Made by a program: the position numbers and the translations under genes. Shown here piece by piece: positions 1-9,106 of a stretch of 64,000 bases of DNA. This DNA is from Alphaproteobacteria bacterium (GTDB lineage: Bacteria; Pseudomonadota; Alphaproteobacteria; CAAHEQ01; UBA3637), in the NCBI GenBank assembly GCA_017394405.1, contig JAFPYW010000034.1, positions 3,333-67,332 on the forward strand, given 5' to 3'. The first letter of the stretch is position 1, and every line of letters starts with the position of its first letter. Under the pieces are notes generated by a model. The model ran no database searches. It had not been told where the DNA came from and saw only the letters and a list, made by a program, of their open reading frames with translations.

Positions 1-494
1 TATTCTTTGGATAATTCTTGCATAATATGATCACGCGTTACCTTGGCAATAATGCTGGCAGCAGCAATGGATAAGCTGAGCGAATCACCCTTTATTAAAC
101 ATTGACAAGGAATTTCCCACTTGGGTAGCCGATTGCCATCAATCAAAGCAAAATCAGCGCGGTGTCCTTTTTGTTCGGCGTCTTGTAAAGAACGACGCAT
201 CGCCAAAAAAGTGGCCTGTAAAATATTGAGTTGATCAATTTCTTCAGCGCTGGCTTGACCAATACCAATATAAGCCCCTGAATTCATAATTTGAGGAAAT
301 AATAATTCCCGTTTTGTCGCTGATAATTTTTTTGAATCGTTGATGGCATTGGCTAATTTTGAATCAATTTGAAAATTTGGCCAACAAACACAAGCGGCAA
401 CCACCGGTCCGCACCAAGGTCCTCGTCCCGCTTCGTCTATACCAAAGATAAGCCCTTTAGATGGACATGATTTTTCATAATTAAAATCAGGCAT
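1..494 (-). CDS. rnhB: Ribonuclease HII, N-terminal ~164 codons (3' end runs off the window)
   Basis: Reverse-strand translation from the ATG at 494 reads MPDFNYEKSCPSKGLIFGIDEAGRGPWCGPVVAA... GIDEAGRGP is the RNase HII metal-site signature. The gene is not in the ORF track because the window edge truncates it. Confidence 0.85.
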   Translation of the reverse strand, partial: MPDFNYEKSCPSKGLIFGIDEAGRGPWCGPVVAACVCWPNFQIDSKLANAINDSKKLSATKRELLFPQIMNSGAYIGIGQASAEEIDQLNILQATFLAMRRSLQDAEQKGHRADFALIDGNRLPKWEIPCQCLIKGDSLSLSIAAASIIAKVTRDHIMQELSKE

Positions 495-495
495 T

Positions 496-1761
496 TTATC
501 CCTTCAACGTCTTTACCACATCATCATAAGGCATCATTTGGCGAATTGGACCCAAACATGAAATGGTGGGCGTGGTGGCAAAAATTTTGGTCGCATATTT
601 TTGAACATCCTTCAAGGTGACGGCACGAATTGCTTTGACCAACGAAGCCTGAGATCTGACTTTACCATAACGCAAAATTTCAATGGCATTCATATCCGCA
701 TGTTGTGTAATATCTTCGCCACGCATTAAAAAGGCGGCCTCTAATCGGGTTTGTGCTTGTTTAAGTTCTTCGGGCGAGATTTTATGTGTTGCCTTTTTCA
801 ATTCATCTAGTAACACCGGCATTAAAACTTTCAATTCTTTTTCCCCGGTGCCGGCATAAATGCCCCAAATACCCGTATCTGTTTCTGCTGATGCGTAAGC
901 GTGAATTGTATAAACTAACCCGCGCTTTTCACGAATTTCTTGGAATAAACGGCTGGTCATTCCGCCACCCAAAATGGAAGCTAACAATCTGGCTGTCCAT
1001 AAATTTGGGGAAGTATAGGATTCACCCTTGAAGCCAACTATTAAATTGACTTGTTCGTGTGGTTTTTGTACATACTTATAGCCGCCACGATAAATGGCTG
1101 GTTCAGCCAATGGTGTTTTGTGCAACTGAAAATCACCAAACAATCGTTCGCATTTTTTACAAAAAGCGTCATGGTTCAACGGCCCAACAGCACTGATGAT
1201 AATGCGATCCGTTGCGTAGTGGGAATGAACATAATTCAACATTTTTTGGGGAGTCATAGCACGGATAACATTTGGATCCCCGGCAATATCCCGGCCCATA
1301 GGCTGATTTGGAAAAGCTGTTTGGCTGAAATTTGTTTCCGCAACATAGTGCGGTTGATCTTTGTACATGTTGATTTCCTGAATAATCACGCCCTTTTCGG
1401 TGTTGAGTTCTTTTTCATCCATTGTGGCGTGTTGAGTGATATCTGCAATAATATTCAGACCTATATCCATATCTTTTTTTAACATACGTGCATAGTATGC
1501 GGTGACATCTTGACCCGTGTAAGCATTGATATATCCACCAACTTGCTCTATCTCTTTAGCAATTTGCAAGGCAGATCGTGTTGTTGTTCCTTTGAAAGCC
1601 ATGTGTTCCAAAAAATGTGAAATACCACTTTCGTTTTTTTTCTCAAAACGAGAGCCAACACCAACCCACAAACCTAAAGTAACAGAAGCCATATCAGGTT
1701 GAAAATCAGTCACAATGCGAATACCATTTGATAAACGCGATACGTTTATTTTTTGTTTCAT
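496..1761 (-). CDS. M16 family zinc peptidase (pitrilysin/processing-protease-like)
   Basis: 421-aa ORF with the inverted zinc motif HFLEHMAFKGT (HxxEH) near the N-terminus. Length is typical for M16B. Confidence 0.85.
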   Translation of the reverse strand: MKQKINVSRLSNGIRIVTDFQPDMASVTLGLWVGVGSRFEKKNESGISHFLEHMAFKGTTTRSALQIAKEIEQVGGYINAYTGQDVTAYYARMLKKDMDIGLNIIADITQHATMDEKELNTEKGVIIQEINMYKDQPHYVAETNFSQTAFPNQPMGRDIAGDPNVIRAMTPQKMLNYVHSHYATDRIIISAVGPLNHDAFCKKCERLFGDFQLHKTPLAEPAIYRGGYKYVQKPHEQVNLIVGFKGESYTSPNLWTARLLASILGGGMTSRLFQEIREKRGLVYTIHAYASAETDTGIWGIYAGTGEKELKVLMPVLLDELKKATHKISPEELKQAQTRLEAAFLMRGEDITQHADMNAIEILRYGKVRSQASLVKAIRAVTLKDVQKYATKIFATTPTISCLGPIRQMMPYDDVVKTLKG

Positions 1762-1775
1762 GCTAATTATCCTTT

Positions 1776-2642
1776 TTAATCTAAGGGCTCCAAATAAATG
1801 GCCTTCATAAAGGTATCACTGAACTTTGACCACCAATGTTCTTCTTGACCGCGTGGAGTTTTATATTTTTTCTTATCCAAATTGAAGGAGTCTTTCAATT
1901 CTTCCCACCAATCGGATAATTCTGTCTTGAAATCTTTTGGTTGGTCTGGATTGTTTTCCTCACGATAAGCACGACGATATTGCTCTGGCGCCAAAGGAAT
2001 TTCCGGAGCGCGTGTTTCATAGGTAATAGCCACCAATGGTTTTAATGTCTGTCCATCCCTTAGGTGCATCAAGACATAACCAGTACCACCGCCAGCCAAT
2101 GCGCCATCCGTTTGAATCACATATTTGCCTCCCAATACGGCATTATCTAAATCAATATAATCAATAAAGAACGTGTTTTGAGTATTCACAATGGCTGTAT
2201 CAAAAATACTGCATCTGAATGCGTGAGATAACATACGGATGGTATTTTCCGGCGTAATGTCAAAAGTTGTTTGACTGTATTTACAGGTCGGCATCGATTC
2301 ATTGGCCGTTACCAAATAATCCAACATTAATGTTTGTGGGCCGGGAATGGTACGGGCAACAGGCATTGCAAATGTGGCATCTGTGACAGCAGATTTTGCA
2401 TGCCATTGAAGGTTGTTAGATTTACAAGCATATGTTTTTGTGTCGCCTTCACAAAAGTCAATGCGAGCATTCGGTTGTTTGAATAAAGTATAAAGTCTAC
2501 GCAACCAGGAATGGACTTGAGAACGTTGATCTGCAGTGTCGCAAATTCCCTTTTGACATACATAAACAGACGCATGAGTTGTTATTGCAAAACAACTAAA
2601 GATTATAAATGTCGCGATAAATAAAATTTTTTTTGCTGTCAT
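1776..2642 (-). CDS. Secreted hypothetical protein
   Basis: 288-aa ORF with an N-terminal signal-like segment KKILFIATFIIFSCFAITTHA, several Cys and an acidic/basic C-terminal tail. No family recognised. Confidence 0.6.
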   Translation of the reverse strand: MTAKKILFIATFIIFSCFAITTHASVYVCQKGICDTADQRSQVHSWLRRLYTLFKQPNARIDFCEGDTKTYACKSNNLQWHAKSAVTDATFAMPVARTIPGPQTLMLDYLVTANESMPTCKYSQTTFDITPENTIRMLSHAFRCSIFDTAIVNTQNTFFIDYIDLDNAVLGGKYVIQTDGALAGGGTGYVLMHLRDGQTLKPLVAITYETRAPEIPLAPEQYRRAYREENNPDQPKDFKTELSDWWEELKDSFNLDKKKYKTPRGQEEHWWSKFSDTFMKAIYLEPLD

Positions 2643-2692
2643 TCCCTGTCCTTTATAAAATCATAGTAGCAAGCGCCAAACAAAAAAGCAAG

Positions 2693-3400
2693 TTATTTTT
2701 TCAGATAAAGCGTTTTGCCCAATTGCCATGCTGCCAAAATGCCGATGCCGGCTGTTTCTGCTCGTAAAATTCCCACATCAAAATGGCATAAAACGCAATC
2801 ATTTTTTTGGAAAAAATCCATTTCTTTTTTGCTCCATCCCCCTTCAGGACCAACAAAAAACGCTACTGTCGCCTCGGGGGATAAGCGATTATCTGCACAG
2901 ATTCGTTCCGATAAACAACAACAGGTATAATCTTTGCATAATTTTTGATAAATAGTTGATACTTTGTCCGTAGGATGAATTGTCGGAACATCTAACCTTT
3001 CACATTGTTCCGCTGCTTCCCGAACGATAGCCTCTGCGTGTGTTTGATTAAAATGTGTATGAACGGTATGTTCCGTGATGAGCGGATAAATGTCTGTTAC
3101 ACCCAACTCGGTTGCTTTTTGTAACACAAGATCCATATTGTCTTTTTTGATTAGAGCTGGGCACAAAACACACGGATGTGGATGTGTTTGAGCACGAGTT
3201 TGCTTGATAAGGTTTAAGGAAAGTTGTTTTTTGTTTTTGATTTCCAACAGAGCAGACCACTCACCATCTTTGCCGTTAAAACATAAAATTTCCGCATTAT
3301 TCGGACAGCGCATAACGTGAATCAGGTAATGGGCGGTTTTTTCCGTCAATGCAACGGACATTCCTTTTGATAAGTGCTGATCAACAAATAATCGAATCAT
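2693..3400 (-). CDS. rsmE: 16S rRNA (uracil1498-N3)-methyltransferase RsmE
   Basis: 235 aa. C-terminal SPOUT signature FFVGPEGGWS...GILRAETAG is typical of RsmE. Confidence 0.85.
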   Translation of the reverse strand: MIRLFVDQHLSKGMSVALTEKTAHYLIHVMRCPNNAEILCFNGKDGEWSALLEIKNKKQLSLNLIKQTRAQTHPHPCVLCPALIKKDNMDLVLQKATELGVTDIYPLITEHTVHTHFNQTHAEAIVREAAEQCERLDVPTIHPTDKVSTIYQKLCKDYTCCCLSERICADNRLSPEATVAFFVGPEGGWSKKEMDFFQKNDCVLCHFDVGILRAETAGIGILAAWQLGKTLYLKK

Positions 3401-5382
3401 TATTCTTCCACCTTTAATAAAACGGCTGTGACGTCGTCAGGTGGTGGGGGCGGAACTTGTTTGAAAAAGTCATCAAACAGAGCATTCAGACCATCATTCA
3501 CGTTTGCGGCCTTTGTATGTTTCATCACCATTTTTTTGAATGTAACATCTCCCAATCTGACACCATCTTTTGTCGTTGATTCTATCAAAGCATCGCTGTA
3601 TAACAACAACATATCACCCTTTAATAACTGAATAGTTCTGTCTTTATATACAGTAGGTCTTGGCATAATACCTAATGGCAGCCCATCCGCCCTTAATGAA
3701 ATGGATTTTTTATTTCTGATAAGCAACGGATTTGGAGCGTTGGCGCCGGCATAAACTAAAGTTTTTGTGCGTTTATCAAAAATCCCCAAAAACATCGTGG
3801 CAAATTGTCCTCGGGGTAATAACCCGAACATTTGTTTGCTTAAATGCATTAAAAATTCGGCGGGCGAAGACATCCGTTTGTTATTTTGGCTGACAAGTGC
3901 GTGCAACCGGAAAGTATTCAAGGCGCTGGCCACCCCATGCCCCGAAAAGTCGCAAATATAAAACCCGATTTTATTAGATGAAATAGGAATCAATTGCCAA
4001 AAATCTCCCCCCAACAAAGATGAAGGTGTAAAGTATTGGGCTACATTCAGATGATAATTTTCACGCAGAGTATTTAAGGCCTTGTCCGTGGGCAACATAT
4101 CTATTTGCATATGTCTGGCGGCTTGTAATTCTGATTCAATTTGATCTAATTGATTGCTCAAACTTTGAACCAACAAACGGTTTTCTAAGTGAACACGAAC
4201 GCGTGAGAAAAATTCCAACGGATTGATTGGCTTTGTAATAAAATCAGTTGCGCCGGCTCGGAATGTTTTTTCGCGGGTTTCACGATTGTCAGATGCCGTT
4301 TGAATTAAAACTGGGATGGTATTCGTTTCTTTGTTGGCTTTAAGGTGTTGAATCACTTCATATCCATCCATGCGTGGCATCGTGATATCCAAAATAATCA
4401 AATCCGGTTTAATTTCTGTCGCTAATTTTAAGCCCTCTACGCCATCCGAAGCAAAAGCTACATCCGTGATGTTGATCAAGTTCAGCAGACGGCCCAATAC
4501 GGTTTGTGTGCTGGGGTTATCTTCTACGACCAATACCTTGCAGTTTGATAAGTCTTTTGAAGAGGCCAATGATGTTTGAGTAGATGAATCTTCCACATAA
4601 CCATCTGTCCAACGTTGAATAGGGTGGTCTTGTAACAAAAATGATAAAGTAATTTCTCGACCGAAGTCTTCAATGGTGCAAGAATCTGCTGCACCAGCAA
4701 TGATTCTGATCCCGCGGCCAGTTTTGTTGAGGATGTTTGTTGTTTGTTTTAATGGTAAAACGGCATTATTATATCCAATTCCTTCATCACGAATTTTAAT
4801 TTCCAATTTTTTAGCATTCCATACAGCAATGATACTGATAGATTTTTGGGCATAGCTAGGGTCGTTTAAGCGGTCATGTAATAACCGAGCATATTCAATA
4901 AAATCACGTGCGGATTGCCGCGTCACGCTGTTGATTTGTAAGTTTCCGTGAATCAATCCGTTCACAATAGATTCATGTAATGCAAAGTGAATACTTTCTT
5001 GTTGTTCTGCCGGTAAAATAATAAATTGTTGCAAAATATGTGTGATGTTTTCGGCAACATTGCAGGCATAAATGACGGGGCATGTCAGCAAAAACCCCAA
5101 TTTGTTTTTACCTTTGATGTCATTCATTTTCGCCGTAAAATCTTTGATGGATGTATCCAAAGCGTTGGCATCGATGACAGACATTGGAGCCAAAGCAGAG
5201 ATGGTCTGCAAATCTTGTCCAGAGGGCGCCTTAACTAAAACAGCGGTGTTGGAAGGCAGTTTTTGCATATTTTTTGGGGTCAGCATGGGATTTTGAGCGT
5301 TGGGCCATGCGATACCGCCAGTCAACTTTGTCAGACGTTTAATGTGTGTGGCAGTTAAATTAAAACCAGTTAAATAAAACAT
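3400..5382 (-). CDS. Multidomain signalling protein: RsbW/SpoIIAB-like HATPase domain + receiver (REC) + PP2C/SpoIIE phosphatase
   Basis: 660 aa. An anti-sigma-kinase-like segment reads HESIVNGLIHGNL...LEIKIRDEGIGY. The REC domain reads KVLVVEDNPSTQ...DLIILDITMPRMDGYEV...ITKPINP. The C-terminal SpoIIE-like segment reads GGDFW...YICDFSGHGVASAL...LLLYSDAL. Confidence 0.8.
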   Translation of the reverse strand: MFYLTGFNLTATHIKRLTKLTGGIAWPNAQNPMLTPKNMQKLPSNTAVLVKAPSGQDLQTISALAPMSVIDANALDTSIKDFTAKMNDIKGKNKLGFLLTCPVIYACNVAENITHILQQFIILPAEQQESIHFALHESIVNGLIHGNLQINSVTRQSARDFIEYARLLHDRLNDPSYAQKSISIIAVWNAKKLEIKIRDEGIGYNNAVLPLKQTTNILNKTGRGIRIIAGAADSCTIEDFGREITLSFLLQDHPIQRWTDGYVEDSSTQTSLASSKDLSNCKVLVVEDNPSTQTVLGRLLNLINITDVAFASDGVEGLKLATEIKPDLIILDITMPRMDGYEVIQHLKANKETNTIPVLIQTASDNRETREKTFRAGATDFITKPINPLEFFSRVRVHLENRLLVQSLSNQLDQIESELQAARHMQIDMLPTDKALNTLRENYHLNVAQYFTPSSLLGGDFWQLIPISSNKIGFYICDFSGHGVASALNTFRLHALVSQNNKRMSSPAEFLMHLSKQMFGLLPRGQFATMFLGIFDKRTKTLVYAGANAPNPLLIRNKKSISLRADGLPLGIMPRPTVYKDRTIQLLKGDMLLLYSDALIESTTKDGVRLGDVTFKKMVMKHTKAANVNDGLNALFDDFFKQVPPPPPDDVTAVLLKVEE

Positions 5383-5397
5383 TGTCCCCCTTTATGG

Positions 5398-6171
5398 TTA
5401 AAATGCAAATTTCTGTGCCTCAGCCAATTCTTCCGGTGTATTGATATCTGTTGGTGCATCCTCAATCAGTTTAATGGTTGGTACAATTAACGCATAAATG
5501 GTCATGCCATTTTCAAGCGCGCGTAATTGTTCCAATTTTTCAGTGCCTTCCAAAATGCCAACCGGACAACTGACAAATCTTTTCAATGCTTCGGTACGAT
5601 AAACATAAATGCCGATATGCCAGTACGCAAAATCTTTTGTCGGATCTTTGTCGCGATTAAATGGAACAGGGCTGCGCGAAAAATAAAGAGCACGCCCAAA
5701 ATCTTCCCCTTCTTTCAAACCCATAGCAATTTTGACATAATTTGGATTTTGAATATCTTCCAGTGCGGTGATTTTTTTGCCGACAGTTACCCAATCTGCC
5801 CCCGTTTTTTCCAACAAATCAACTAATCTTAAATTGAGTTTTGGATCTACATTGATGCCATCCCCTTGAAAATTGACAACAGTATCATATTTTGTGCCGT
5901 CTGGGTCAATTGTCTTGAGCGCACAAACAATGCGGTCTGTTCCTGAGGGCAAACTAGCCGGTGTCAAAACACATTGAGCCCCGAATTTTTGTGATTCTAC
6001 GACGATTTCTGGATCGCCAGCTGCAATATAAACATCTTCTTTCGGATGGACTTGAATGGCGTGTTCATATACATGTTGAATGACGGTTTTTCCATTGACA
6101 ACAGCCAAAGGTTTATTGGGCAGCCGTGTGGATGATAAACGTGTCGGAATAATAACTGCAACTTTTGACAT
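5398..6171 (-). CDS. kdsB: 3-deoxy-manno-octulosonate cytidylyltransferase (CMP-KDO synthetase)
   Basis: MSKVAVIIPTRLSSTRLPNKPL... is the KdsB N-terminal signature. The start is placed at the ATG at 6171, which has AAGGAG 8 nt upstream. The ORF-track start at 6228 adds 19 unsupported codons. Confidence 0.9.
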   Translation of the reverse strand: MSKVAVIIPTRLSSTRLPNKPLAVVNGKTVIQHVYEHAIQVHPKEDVYIAAGDPEIVVESQKFGAQCVLTPASLPSGTDRIVCALKTIDPDGTKYDTVVNFQGDGINVDPKLNLRLVDLLEKTGADWVTVGKKITALEDIQNPNYVKIAMGLKEGEDFGRALYFSRSPVPFNRDKDPTKDFAYWHIGIYVYRTEALKRFVSCPVGILEGTEKLEQLRALENGMTIYALIVPTIKLIEDAPTDINTPEELAEAQKFAF

Positions 6172-6234
6172 AAAATAACTCCTTAAACTGATATAAAAAT
6201 CATATCGTTTTTTGGGATGTGTTGTCAAGTAAAA

Positions 6235-7809
6235 TTATAGGTTTTGTAATGTGTTAAAAAATGTTGATTCTGCTTGGCGTAAGCGATGAACTAAATCCTC
6301 ATGCACATGATAAAAAGCATCGCCCCGAGCGTAAATAGCAAAACAAATCGCCTCAAACGGGTTATAGGCGCGTCCTTCGCGCAAAGCTAAGAAGTATTGC
6401 TGATCAAAATGGTTGTGACACCGTAAATGCCAAGAATCAACCACGCCCGGTGTGTTATATCGGCCCTTTTGGCCCATTAAAGAAGTAAAGAAAATCATCA
6501 CCCGTTTTGCCGGTGAAGCCAATACCGAGCCCAATTGCATTCTGTACAACCATGTGGGCTGAGTTAAATCATCCGTATAATTAAAACGTAAATCTTCGGC
6601 TAATTGACGGGCAAAAAGTTCGCGTTTTTCGTGGGGCAGCGCTGTAAAAAAGTCCAATAAAGAGGGATTGTCATGTGTGTCCGTCACGGCGATATCTTCT
6701 GGCATAGCTAATGCAGCGTGATATAAGTGGTCATGAACGGCCGGGTCGTTAAATTGAACGGGAACCATTCTGCCCAAATGAAAGGATCGTAAAACAGAAT
6801 CCATATATTGCGGACGGATGCCCAAATCTTCTGGATAAATGTCCATACTAGACAGGTGAAATTCATTAAAAAATGGCAACAAAAATTCGGCAGTCATACG
6901 ACGAAAATCTGCTTTATCTTTCAAATAGAATTTTTTCAACAACGGATGTTTGGGAGAAGAATAAAGCCGACCATTGGGATAATTTTTTTTGCCCGTATAA
7001 AAGCAATACGGATCCACCCATCCGATAAAATGGTCAATGCGAATACCCCCCTTGTTACCACGGAAGTAAAAGTGCAATAATTTTTTGAACATCCGTCCAG
7101 CGGGACCCAAATGTTGAGTTGGATTTTTTGTAAATAAAGCATGGGGATGTAAAATCGGAAAGCCCCATTTTTGTGGCGTTGCTGAGTATTGATCTGGCGG
7201 AGCCCCTAAACTCCAATCTTTCAAAAACCAATCAGGATGACGATCGCTCACTCGTGTCGGGACATTGATTGGAATATCGCCGATATAGGTAAAGCCACAA
7301 TGGCGCATTTGATCTTGAACCAGTTTGTTGCAAAAGGCCGTAAAAGGCAATTCGGATTTCGATTTTTTATACGCTTCTGTCAGGGCTTCGGTATAATCCG
7401 ACTCAACCTGCTTGAAATCAATATAACATAAATTTTTTTGTCGTTGATAAATTTTATCTAATGTTTTTTTTGAAATCAGACGTTTTTTATACAATTTATC
7501 TAAATCCAAAAAAAACGGATTGTAATCCCACGAAGACAGGTAAGGGGAATGCCACGTTTTTGCGCTTGTCTTTCCGATTGGGCCTTGCATAATTTTATGA
7601 ATAACACCATGCCAAAACCGCCAAATACGTGCGGCTCCTTCGCCATAGGGAGAACCGATTCCTGTATCCTTTTCATCGCTTTCTGCGGGCATGGATGTGG
7701 CGGGTAACCCCAAAACAATGGTCTTGTCCAAGGCATCATATCCTTCTTGAATTAAAGGACGATAAGCATCCCATAAAGCCATCAATGACTGAAAAGTTTC
7801 TTCGTTCAT
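6235..7809 (-). CDS. malQ: 4-alpha-glucanotransferase (GH77 amylomaltase)-like
   Basis: 524 aa carrying the three GH77 catalytic signatures as I remember them: GGIRIDHFIGW, IYPEDLG and VTDTHDNPS. Confidence 0.75.
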   Translation of the reverse strand: MNEETFQSLMALWDAYRPLIQEGYDALDKTIVLGLPATSMPAESDEKDTGIGSPYGEGAARIWRFWHGVIHKIMQGPIGKTSAKTWHSPYLSSWDYNPFFLDLDKLYKKRLISKKTLDKIYQRQKNLCYIDFKQVESDYTEALTEAYKKSKSELPFTAFCNKLVQDQMRHCGFTYIGDIPINVPTRVSDRHPDWFLKDWSLGAPPDQYSATPQKWGFPILHPHALFTKNPTQHLGPAGRMFKKLLHFYFRGNKGGIRIDHFIGWVDPYCFYTGKKNYPNGRLYSSPKHPLLKKFYLKDKADFRRMTAEFLLPFFNEFHLSSMDIYPEDLGIRPQYMDSVLRSFHLGRMVPVQFNDPAVHDHLYHAALAMPEDIAVTDTHDNPSLLDFFTALPHEKRELFARQLAEDLRFNYTDDLTQPTWLYRMQLGSVLASPAKRVMIFFTSLMGQKGRYNTPGVVDSWHLRCHNHFDQQYFLALREGRAYNPFEAICFAIYARGDAFYHVHEDLVHRLRQAESTFFNTLQNL

Positions 7810-7830
7810 CTTTCCCCCTTGATAAACGAA

Positions 7831-9105
7831 CTATATCATCTGTGGTGGCGTATCAGACGGTGTATTTTGTTGTTCGGTTGGTTGTGTCGGAGCCGTCGGT
7901 GCGGTTGGCGCCATTGGCGCCGCCGGAGTTGTTGTTGGAGCTGGCTGTGGCATTGCGGATTGCGCTTGCTTTTTGGCTTCCTCTTCACGCAGATCCAAAC
8001 CAATCGCTTCTGTAATAGAATTCAGATGACGCTTGCTCAAAATATCACCCAATTCCTTGTCAATTTTATGCAAGATGCCGGGGCCTTCAAAAATAAGACT
8101 GGCTTCGTCAATAGCAATCAATGAGGCGCCAGCGGCAATATGGGCAAAAGCCGTTGCCCCGTCAAACACACCTCCAGTTGCGATAATCGGCATATGGTCC
8201 TTTAATTGTGGATACAGGTGACGAATGAGTTCAGACACATATTGGTGTGTTGGCTTGCCAATCAACTGCCCAGCCATTTGGTGTTCCTTTGCTCCTTGAA
8301 TTCTTAAACGTGTATTCTTAGCCAAGGACATCGGTCCAGCCACAACAACGCCATCTGCACCACTGCCTAATAACACTTGAGAAACCAACGGGATTTCCAT
8401 CGTATTTATATCTAATGGAATTTTAATAAAGATTTTCGGCGGATGAATTGGTGCTGCCCGTTGAACTGTTTCTTTAACAGCCCGCACAATCGGCAAAATA
8501 GTAGAAGCATCCACGACCAATACACACAATTCCGCATTAGGATGTGAAAAGTCTAATGTCAAAAAGTCACAATAAGGCGCTGCCCGTTGAGCCATCAGCA
8601 CAAATTCATCCAAGTATGAAAAATGCCGGCCACGTTTGATGTTTGATTCCTCACTTTCCGCTGGAATAGCAATATCCAAACCCACAAAGTGTGGCAAATA
8701 CCGACGCTTCACGAACCATGGCAACATTTTTTCCAAACCTGGGTTGCGATAGCCATTACATTGACTAATAATTGCCCGATCTGCCTTGAAGAAAAACTTT
8801 TCTTGGGAGGGTAATTCTTTTTCCAATGTATAAGGGCCGAATGTACCGAAACTATACCCCATTTGCATCAAAGCATCTAATGTATTACCCCGTTTATCAA
8901 CACCATCGCCCAATCCGACAGGTGTAGGGAAATGACGACCGAACAAATCAATAGCCAAACGTGTGTCAGAGCAATGCCCCGACGGGAATGATCCGTCACG
9001 CAATCCCCAATAAAGCAATTTATGGGCCCAACGAATATTCACGTGTTGAACAATCCACCAAAAGATAATAAAGAGTAAGTTGCCGGTATTATGTGGTTTT
9101 TCCAT
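7831..9105 (-). CDS. Dihydroorotate-dehydrogenase-fold protein (divergent class-2 PyrD-like) with N-terminal membrane segment and Pro/Ala/Thr-rich C-terminal tail
   Basis: PyrD-like blocks are present: FPTPVGLGDGVDKRGNTLDALMQMGY, PIIATGGVFDG and AGASLIAI. The start is placed at MEKPHNTG (ATG at 9105), which has GAAGGAG upstream. Several canonical catalytic motifs look altered (see findings). Confidence 0.65.
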   Translation of the reverse strand: MEKPHNTGNLLFIIFWWIVQHVNIRWAHKLLYWGLRDGSFPSGHCSDTRLAIDLFGRHFPTPVGLGDGVDKRGNTLDALMQMGYSFGTFGPYTLEKELPSQEKFFFKADRAIISQCNGYRNPGLEKMLPWFVKRRYLPHFVGLDIAIPAESEESNIKRGRHFSYLDEFVLMAQRAAPYCDFLTLDFSHPNAELCVLVVDASTILPIVRAVKETVQRAAPIHPPKIFIKIPLDINTMEIPLVSQVLLGSGADGVVVAGPMSLAKNTRLRIQGAKEHQMAGQLIGKPTHQYVSELIRHLYPQLKDHMPIIATGGVFDGATAFAHIAAGASLIAIDEASLIFEGPGILHKIDKELGDILSKRHLNSITEAIGLDLREEEAKKQAQSAMPQPAPTTTPAAPMAPTAPTAPTQPTEQQNTPSDTPPQMI

Positions 9106-9106
9106 A

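Noticed and set aside
7629-8124. Plus-strand ORFs (128 and 101 aa) over the malQ/DHODH-like junction
   Set aside because: They are antisense to the Pro/Ala-rich tail and the C-terminus of the DHODH-like gene. Their Arg/Trp/Cys-rich products are typical of shadow frames.
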